Part shown: positions 38,602-44,950 of the stretch, one piece after another
Layout of the letters: each line of letters starts with the position of its first letter
Position numbering within the stretch: position 1 is the first letter of the stretch
IMG/VR virus record: IMGVR_UViG_3300037826_000057
Location: 1 to 64,000 of that record
From: a virus
Direction: 5' to 3' (one strand)
Length of the DNA stretch: 64,000 nt
Notes under the pieces: generated by a model
Databases searched by the model: none
Seen by the model: the letters and a program-made list of their open reading frames with translations, nothing else
What the model was told of the DNA's origin: nothing
Translations under genes and position numbers: made by a program

Positions 38602-38783
38602 AACGCTATGTTAAAGAAAAGCCCACTCCGAAGCAGAAACCGGCGGTCTCTTGTCCGCCAAGTAGGAGACCGGGCCAAGATAACCGGGAGGTGATGATTA
38701 AAGATGCTACGTTGGTCGTAACACAATTTAGTATTCTAGGGTAAGTTGCGGGGGAAGTCCCCATTTAACAAGGAGAAACCAGA

Positions 38784-38972
38784 GTGAAACTCGTTAATGA
38801 AGGAAAAGAAATTTCAATTTCACAGGTAACCTTAGACTTCATCTACCACTCACTGGTAGTACAGTCCGAGGTAGAAGAAAATTCAATGTTACCCGACGAT
38901 GTTGTTCGTCAGGAAATGTTGGAGGTAGCCGATTTAATTAGGGAAGTCTTAGTTGAGGAGAAACCAAAGTGA
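38784..38972 (+). CDS. Hypothetical acidic protein
   Basis: SD AAGGAG, GTG start. Confidence 0.65.
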   Translation: MKLVNEGKEISISQVTLDFIYHSLVVQSEVEENSMLPDDVVRQEMLEVADLIREVLVEEKPK

Positions 38973-39097
38973 GGATTCACATTCGAATAGAAGAAACCCA
39001 CGCGCAGGAATTGGAAGAAAAAGATAGAAACCGAGCGAGAAGGTTACGCTCAGAAAGAAGAAAGCGTCAAGCGGTTAAGAAAGGAGAAAGTAAATAA
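38969..39097 (+). CDS. Small basic protein, 42 aa (MRIHIRIEETHAQELEEKDRNRARR...)
   Basis: GAGGAG SD, overlapping stop/start junctions; below ORF-track cutoff. Confidence 0.55.
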   Translation: MRIHIRIEETHAQELEEKDRNRARRLRSERRKRQAVKKGESK

Positions 39098-39393
39098 TGT
39101 ATTGCCAAATGTGTAACAAGACCGGTCCCGGTGTAGAAGTGAGAAAAAAGCACCGGCGTGCGCTATGCATTAAATGTGCAATGCAAACACCAAGAAAGGT
39201 AAGTAAACAGGAATTCTTGGAAGTAATGTGGGGTGAGCATCTAAGTGAGGTGCCTTCTCACATTAAACGGGAATTCTATCAGGATTATATGCTTAGCCAG
39301 AATACCCTGGTTAAGTATATCCTGTATTCCTGCTCAGATGTTCATACCGAACAACAAGCATACCGGCGGATTGTAGATAGGATTGAGGTGTAA
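39097..39393 (+). CDS. Zn-finger protein
   Basis: CQMC...CIKC, SD AAGGAG. Confidence 0.7.
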   Translation: MYCQMCNKTGPGVEVRKKHRRALCIKCAMQTPRKVSKQEFLEVMWGEHLSEVPSHIKREFYQDYMLSQNTLVKYILYSCSDVHTEQQAYRRIVDRIEV

Positions 39394-39427
39394 CCGTAAA
39401 AATTTTTCGCGGTTACACGTAGGAATT

Positions 39428-39468
39428 AGAGGGTAAGTAGTTAATTCTACTTGCCCTTTTTTATTTTG
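39428..39468 (+). terminator. Intrinsic terminator
   Basis: AGGGTAAGTAG-TTAATT-CTACTTGCCCT then T tract. Confidence 0.8.
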
Positions 39469-39504
39469 CCGACCGGAAAAGCCTAATAACGAACCTAGTA
39501 CTTA

Positions 39505-39660
39505 CTCTGGTATAATCCTGCTTTAGTATAATCCTGCTCTGGTGTAACTCTTCTTGGTATAACTCTTCTTGATATAATCTTACTCTGGTGTAATTCTTCT
39601 CGGTATAACTCTTTTTGGTATAATAATACTGTTAGTATAATAATATTACTAGTATAATAA
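39505..39660. repeat. About 10 degenerate 15-16 bp tandem repeats (CTYTGGTATAAYYYT)
   Basis: Directly visible. Confidence 0.85.
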
Positions 39661-39743
39661 TGCTATTAACATAATAATGAACCTTACATGCGCGTGCGCG
39701 TGTGCTTGTAATATAGGATGGACAATCGACTATTTGACGCCAG

Positions 39744-39772
39744 CTTGACAATGCCACAGAACATGCTATAAT
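39744..39772 (+). promoter_or_regulatory. Class C promoter
   Basis: C-TTGACA-ATGC...TGC-TATAAT, 16-nt spacer. Confidence 0.8.
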
Positions 39773-39823
39773 AGGCTTGCGTTAAGGAAAGATTTAGTAA
39801 GAAGAATTAACCAGGAGGTTAGC

Positions 39824-40033
39824 ATGATTCGGTCAGATGTTCATACAACCGGTAGCATAGAGCACAACGAAATCATTCTCACGCGCGGTATGGATTGTTA
39901 TGCCGCACTCACAACCTCCCGGGAATATAACCGGGAGATGCAAATGTACCATCGGCATTTCATTCTTCTGGTTGAGGGATATGACGACGACATTCCTCAA
40001 CCAGATTGGAATGCTGATTACCAGGGGGTATAA
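39824..40033 (+). CDS. Hypothetical early protein
   Basis: SD AGGAGGT. Confidence 0.7.
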   Translation: MIRSDVHTTGSIEHNEIILTRGMDCYAALTTSREYNREMQMYHRHFILLVEGYDDDIPQPDWNADYQGV

Positions 40034-40034
40034 G

Positions 40035-40256
40035 ATGCAGGTCAAGATTGAGATAAACGGATACGGGCCTCTGGTCAATGATCTGGCCGAGGTATTAAAG
40101 CGGGACTTACAAAAGTCCATAGAAACGTATTATACGGTCAGGAAAGAATTCGATGAATACCTCGCGCAAGAATGCGCAGAGGTTAGTATTGAAAGCACGG
40201 TAAGACTGAATGACGGTCTTACTGGTGCTCAGGCAAATATCGAGATAGTTGAGTAG
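40035..40256 (+). CDS. Hypothetical early protein (start MQVKIE)
   Basis: SD-like GGGGGT before ATG 40035. Confidence 0.65.
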   Translation: MQVKIEINGYGPLVNDLAEVLKRDLQKSIETYYTVRKEFDEYLAQECAEVSIESTVRLNDGLTGAQANIEIVE

Positions 40257-40265
40257 GGAGGTATA

Positions 40266-40535
40266 ATGTACAAGTTGTTCAAGCTTACACAGGAAAAGAT
40301 TTTCCAGGTTGAAGACCGCAAGGTTAAGATGTATATAAGTAAGAACCGTGAGACGGTTAAGGTAACGTTAACGGATATGCAAGGCCGGGTACTTGCTACC
40401 CGGCACTTCTCCAGGGGTTGGCGACCTCGGCATTGGAACCTGACCACCTGTAAGGGCGGTTGGGATGCTGAGTTGAGTTATACCGTGGGGCGTGGAGCAG
40501 GGATCCACCGGTCAAGTATGTTTTTAGATTTGTAG
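40266..40535 (+). CDS. Hypothetical early protein
   Basis: SD GGAGGT. Confidence 0.7.
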   Translation: MYKLFKLTQEKIFQVEDRKVKMYISKNRETVKVTLTDMQGRVLATRHFSRGWRPRHWNLTTCKGGWDAELSYTVGRGAGIHRSSMFLDL

Positions 40536-40552
40536 GTAGGAGGTAAAAAATC

Positions 40553-40582
40553 GAGAGGGTGAAATTCCCTCTCTTTTATTTT
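40553..40582 (+). terminator. Intrinsic terminator
   Basis: GAGAGGG-TGAAATT-CCCTCTC then TTTTATTTT. Confidence 0.8.
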
Positions 40583-40635
40583 ACCCCTGCTAGTGAATAT
40601 ATAACGAACCTAGCACCAAATACCCTCTCCAAAAT

Positions 40636-40683
40636 ATTCTATGGTAAGAGGTTCTATGGTAAGAGGTTCTGTGGTAAAAGTTC
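40636..40683. repeat. 15-bp tandem repeat x3 (TTCTATGGTAAGAGG)
   Basis: Directly visible. Confidence 0.85.
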
Positions 40684-41444
40684 CCCGCGCTTACATATTA
40701 CAACCTCTCTGGTAATTAGCTTCTCCAGCAGCTAGCTTTTCTGGTAAATACTTCCCCGCGTTACACGTAACCCATATTCTGGTTAGTAGTTAAACTTACA
40801 ATTTATTTTTCAATCTTGTGACAATTTCTTAAAATTTCAGAAATAGCGGTAAAAGTCAGAAATAGCGGTAAAGGCTTTGCGCGGTTACACTCAGGCTTGA
40901 GCTGGTAACGCACCGCCTGGTTAACACATTGCCGCAAGAAATCTTGCTACAACAGAATCCGCTTGCAATATTAATTGTAGCAAAAAAATATAACAAAGTA
41001 TCATTATAATGCAATAACAAAAAGACACCACAAAGTATAACTATATTGTAACATTAATTACAGTAAAGAAATTTTGTAAAATATAATTGTATTACAATAT
41101 GGTGTGTAGTACAATTAAATATACATTACTGATATATTATACGATAAAATATGTATGAAAGTAAGTATGTAATGAACCAGAAAATTGCCAAAAGAATTGT
41201 ATCAAATAAACACCGCAAAACACAATTATACTGTAATTAATATTACAGTAAAGAAATATAACAAAGTATCATTATACTGTAATCTGGTTTGTAGTACAAT
41301 TAAATATATATCTTCTGATATACTATGCGATTAAATATGTATACAATTAAATATTATATAATCAGATATATAATACAATTAAATATGTATGCAATTAAAT
41401 ATATATAACGAACCGGGGAATTGCCAAGGGAATTGCAATCATAA

Positions 41445-41486
41445 GATACACTGGCAATTGATACACTGGCAATTGATACACTGGCA
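41445..41486. repeat. 15-bp tandem repeat x3 (GATACACTGGCAATT)
   Basis: Directly visible. Confidence 0.9.
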
Positions 41487-41726
41487 TGTATATATAAGGA
41501 GGGATACAATTATAGGGGGATTGTAAGATAAACTTGTAAAAGCTTTTAGAATGCATGAAATGTTATGCACTTGCAAAAAAGCATTGCATTGCTAAGCATA
41601 AAATAGCTTGAAATCGCCTGAAATCGCCTTAAAAGTGTAGCTTTTGCAAAATATCATTGCAAAAGTTAGCAATTTTAGGGAATTTGGGAATATCCGACGG
41701 TTTTAACATTACTGCGTATTTTACGC

Positions 41727-41773
41727 TTGCGATATTCTACTATCCCGCTATAATTGTAAGCGTTCTTTAATAA
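41727..41773 (+). promoter_or_regulatory. Promoter followed by a boxA-like antiterminator site
   Basis: TTGCGA-16-TATAAT(41749); CGTTCTTTAATAA at 41761 resembles rrn boxA. Confidence 0.65.
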
Positions 41774-41780
41774 TTAAATA

Positions 41781-41944
41781 GCTTTGGACTTATTCAACGC
41801 GCGGGCGTATGTGGCGCTAGCACTTTTACGAAACGGGTTCCGTAGCCCGACGCACAAGCTCATAGTTGCGCACAATGAGCGAGCGAGAGCAGCTTCAACG
41901 ATTTACGACGGCTCCACATGTGACGCGCGGATTGTCCAGGCGCG
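41781..41944 (+). ncRNA. Candidate structured RNA, about 160 nt
   Basis: Long closing stem (TTTGGAC/GTCCAGG, CGCGCG/CGCGCG, GTATGTGG/CCACATGT) around two hairpins; many G-U pairs. Confidence 0.55.
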
Positions 41945-41976
41945 TTTGTTTGGATTTTCTAGCTTATGGGAGTAGA

Positions 41977-42123
41977 ATGATGAAATGCCGTAACTGTGGC
42001 AAAACATACTCGAAACATGAACGTGATGAAATGCTGGCGTATATGTTTGTCGGCGCGCCGGATGAGGATTACATAGTCCTTATTGAGGGATTGTGTATAG
42101 ACTGTTGGCCGGAATACTATTAA
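41977..42123 (+). CDS. Small Zn-finger protein (48 aa)
   Basis: CRNC...CIDC, SD GGGAG. Confidence 0.7.
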   Translation: MMKCRNCGKTYSKHERDEMLAYMFVGAPDEDYIVLIEGLCIDCWPEYY

Positions 42124-42133
42124 GGGGGATAAG

Positions 42134-42331
42134 ATGAAAAAGATTAAACGTATCTTAATTGTGATAGTGTTGGCTTTGCCCTTAATCCTCTCCGCCGTAG
42201 CTTGCGATGACGAGGACGGCGACGGGGATGTAAGTATCGGACGGGAAGCATGCGTAGCGGCATGCTCCCTCCAGTACGAACGCGGCAGCGAAAGCTGGCA
42301 TAGTTGCACTTCATTATGCCCAGCTGATTAA
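42134..42331 (+). CDS. Small Cys-rich lipoprotein
   Basis: Basic N-terminus, hydrophobic core, lipobox AVA-C. Confidence 0.75.
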   Translation: MKKIKRILIVIVLALPLILSAVACDDEDGDGDVSIGREACVAACSLQYERGSESWHSCTSLCPAD

Positions 42332-42372
42332 TCTTAACGATAGATCAAATAAGAATAGTAAAGGAAAAGACA

Positions 42373-43236
42373 ATGACAATCCAGATGGAAAAGCTCGAGA
42401 GTCTGTTAGCTAAAGAACACATTAACGCTCTGGATGTAATCGGAGCGTTAGACTACTGCCTCAATGCCAAGGCAGTAGAATTTGAAATACTCAATAACTC
42501 CAGAAAAGCCTGGGGCAAGCCGATAAGAAGCACGCCGACAAGGCTTGCCCAAAAAGGCACGCTATACAGCAAGGACGGGGAAGTAGTGCAAGCTTCCCCA
42601 AGCAGCACTAAAGGCGCAACTAGCACTTTTAAGAGTGCAAGGAAAGATAACGGAAAAGAGTATGCGGCTATCCTCTTGGATTCACTATTGCCAAATGAAA
42701 GCAGCAAGTTAGCTGCTATGTTGGCAATAGTCGATGATGTAGACTTCACAAAAGTCCTTGGAAAAGAAGCGGGGCAAGCAGCTGAAAAGCTGGCAAAGGC
42801 AACAGTAGAATTGTTCTTTTGTCAAGTGGAAGTAAACAACGAACGCTTGCCCAGCAAAGTATCACGAAAATCCCAAGCTATGGGCGATTCCGACGCCCAA
42901 GCTGAAGCCGACGAGAGCTCGCTCACTCCGGCGCAACGCGCCGCCAATCGTATAGCGCGATTGAAGGGCAACGAGCTGCCCTATAGCGAGAGCGAACAAG
43001 CCGACGAACAAGCCGACGAACAAGCTGGCGAACAAGCCGATTTCAATGCCGATGAACTCGACGAACTCACTGACGTGAAGTATATCGGAACGTCAACGGC
43101 AGAAAAGCTGTTATCGCACGGCTGGACGCTGGATCAAATTAACGTCCAGTATAAGCTGCATGGCGAGCTTCCGCCGGAAGTACAAGAAATTGTATCCGCT
43201 AAGGCGGCAGACAATCTTAAAAAAGAAATTGAATAG
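42373..43236 (+). CDS. Unknown protein with acidic EQAD linker and C-terminal helix-hairpin-helix domain
   Basis: LTDVKYIGTSTAEKLLSHG is an HhH motif. Confidence 0.75.
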   Translation: MTIQMEKLESLLAKEHINALDVIGALDYCLNAKAVEFEILNNSRKAWGKPIRSTPTRLAQKGTLYSKDGEVVQASPSSTKGATSTFKSARKDNGKEYAAILLDSLLPNESSKLAAMLAIVDDVDFTKVLGKEAGQAAEKLAKATVELFFCQVEVNNERLPSKVSRKSQAMGDSDAQAEADESSLTPAQRAANRIARLKGNELPYSESEQADEQADEQAGEQADFNADELDELTDVKYIGTSTAEKLLSHGWTLDQINVQYKLHGELPPEVQEIVSAKAADNLKKEIE

Positions 43237-43239
43237 CAT

Positions 43240-43278
43240 AAAATATGGGCAAGTGTAAAAGCTTGCCCATATTTTTTT
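43240..43278 (+). terminator. Intrinsic terminator
   Basis: AAAATATGGGCAAG-TGTAAAAG-CTTGCCCATATTTT. Confidence 0.85.
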
Positions 43279-43397
43279 GTGGCAATAAACTAAATAAGCA
43301 TTATAATAATCTAATATATAATAAGATAGATTATTATAATAAGATAGATAGATACAACGGATATATTATAAAATACTAACATATTATAAAATATCTA

Positions 43398-43507
43398 GGT
43401 ATTTTTTAATGCGTGCATATTTTTTAATACTGCGGTATTTTTTAATATGAGGGTATTTTATAATACTGTGATATTTTTTAATACTGCGGTATTTTTTAAT
43501 ATCACGG
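43398..43507. repeat. Six 18-19 bp tandem repeats (GGTATTTTTTAATACTGC)
   Basis: Directly visible. Confidence 0.85.
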
Positions 43508-43639
43508 TCTATTTTATTTTGTAGATAAACTTGCAATCCCCCCTATTGACCGTAAAAAAAGCCTACCGTGCTGTGGCGCCGGCCCCATGTGAACCCCTTA
43601 CACGCCACAACCAAAAATCCCAAAGTTCATGCCAATCCC

Positions 43640-43725
43640 AAAGTTGGTAACCGCAGAGTGGGTAGGATCATAAAGTTGGTAGGATCACAAAGTAGGTAAC
43701 CGTAAAATTGGTAACTATATTGGTG
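43640..43725. repeat. Degenerate 15-17 bp repeats (AAAGTTGGTAR)
   Basis: Directly visible. Confidence 0.75.
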
Positions 43726-43765
43726 TATATTATATATCAGTGTATATTATATTGGTATTTGTATA

Positions 43766-44044
43766 TTAATACCTTTTATAACTTATTCTTATCTCTAGTT
43801 CTGTGCTGTTATCTAGGGCTGTGTTTACTTCTTCTATTTTATCTAGTATTTCTTGCAGCATTTTATCACGGGTTTTTCTACTTTGGTTTATTTTTTCTTC
43901 GGTCTCTCTTATTGTTCTGCGTGCGCTGCTAGCTCTTCTGGTGTCTGCTTTCAATAGTTCCTCCCAGCTTATATTTTCCTTACCTAATTTTTCCTCATTT
44001 AATCCCGCCTTACTTGATTTTGCCCTATCGCACATCGGACACAC
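43766..44044 (-). CDS. Hypothetical coiled-coil protein
   Basis: SD AAGGAG. Confidence 0.6.
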   Translation of the reverse strand: MCPMCDRAKSSKAGLNEEKLGKENISWEELLKADTRRASSARRTIRETEEKINQSRKTRDKMLQEILDKIEEVNTALDNSTELEIRISYKRY

Positions 44045-44051
44045 CTCCTTA

Positions 44052-44363
44052 TTAGGTACCTACTTCCTTGTAGGTACCTAATTGTTCCAGTATTTTGTTT
44101 AATACTGAATTTAATTCTTGGCTGAGTTTTAGGTATTTTTTGGTTTGTTCGTTCTCGTGCTCGGCCAGCTCTCTTAGTAGTTCTACTTCTCTATCCCTTG
44201 CCTGAATTATTACATCTCTGACGGATTTAGATAGTTCTTGTTTGCATTTTAGAACCTTTCTATACTCACGCCAGAGGTATATTACAGCCCATCCCAAACC
44301 AATAACCATAATACCCAAAGGCCCGTATCCAAGCAATATACTCTCTAATGTTAATTCTTGCAA
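44052..44363 (-). CDS. Holin-like membrane protein
   Basis: Single TM (YGPLGIMVIGLGWAVIYLW) plus coiled coil, at the end of the tail module. Confidence 0.6.
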   Translation of the reverse strand: MQELTLESILLGYGPLGIMVIGLGWAVIYLWREYRKVLKCKQELSKSVRDVIIQARDREVELLRELAEHENEQTKKYLKLSQELNSVLNKILEQLGTYKEVGT

Positions 44364-44409
44364 ACTTATAACCTCCTGGACTTATAAATTTTTTTTCAAT
44401 TATAAAAAA

Positions 44410-44545
44410 TTTACACTTAGAGATTTTTACACTTATAGATTTTTACACTTATAAGTTTTTAGATTTACAATCTAGCAAATTTGTTATTTTGTAAATTTAT
44501 AATCTTGTAAATTTATAATCTTGTAAATTTATAACCTGTTAAATT
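44410..44545. repeat. 16-bp tandem arrays (TTTACACTTAKAGATT x3; TTGTAAATTTATAATC x3)
   Basis: Directly visible. Confidence 0.8.
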
Positions 44546-44907
44546 TATGCCTTAACTTCTATAATCTTATCTAATAGCTGCCAGTCCTGAATACTAAATT
44601 CACCAGAAATATTCTCTAAATCTATTTCCGGGGGTGTAAAGTCTATATCTACTTCCTGTGCTAAAAGCTCTGAAAATTCTTGAGCAAACTTTCTAGCTTC
44701 TACACTATCAGCTTTAATACTTATACCCTTAGTAGTTTTTGTAGCGTATTTTTTAATTAGTTTTTCACGCTCTTTTTCTATAATTTCAATTTCATCAAAA
44801 ATAACCTGAAGTTCTTTATTTAATTTATAACTTTGTACTGCGCTCATATTTGCCTGTACTAACTTACCTAATGCTTGCCTTGCATTCCAAATGTCTAATA
44901 ATTGCAT
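44545..44907 (-). CDS. DUF1617-like protein after tail fibre
   Basis: SYKL.K.......E.....KLIKKYA pattern. Confidence 0.6.
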   Translation of the reverse strand: MQLLDIWNARQALGKLVQANMSAVQSYKLNKELQVIFDEIEIIEKEREKLIKKYATKTTKGISIKADSVEARKFAQEFSELLAQEVDIDFTPPEIDLENISGEFSIQDWQLLDKIIEVKA

Positions 44908-44950
44908 TTTATTATCCTCCTTTGTTAAATTCTACCTTACTAATTTACTG

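Noticed and set aside
38620-38700. Hammerhead or twister ribozyme
   Set aside because: Has GTGATGA rather than CTGATGA, and I could not build the required core.
21822-41414. TAAYGAACC as a LexA box
   Set aside because: The GTTC half-site of GAAC-N4-GTTC is absent; the motif is polar.
41784-41975. 63-aa ORF and the upstream extension of ORF 41866
   Set aside because: No SD, TTG starts; better explained as structured RNA, with the Zn-finger gene starting at 41977.
41415-43397. Island as a simple foreign insertion or chimeric assembly
   Set aside because: Horizontal origin shifts codon bias but does not normally remove one trinucleotide on both strands across codons, junctions, SDs and spacers. 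Misassembly is not fully excluded without reads.
37500-44550. Tandem arrays as CRISPR arrays
   Set aside because: Units are 14-22 bp, head to tail, with no unique spacers; no cas operon is present.
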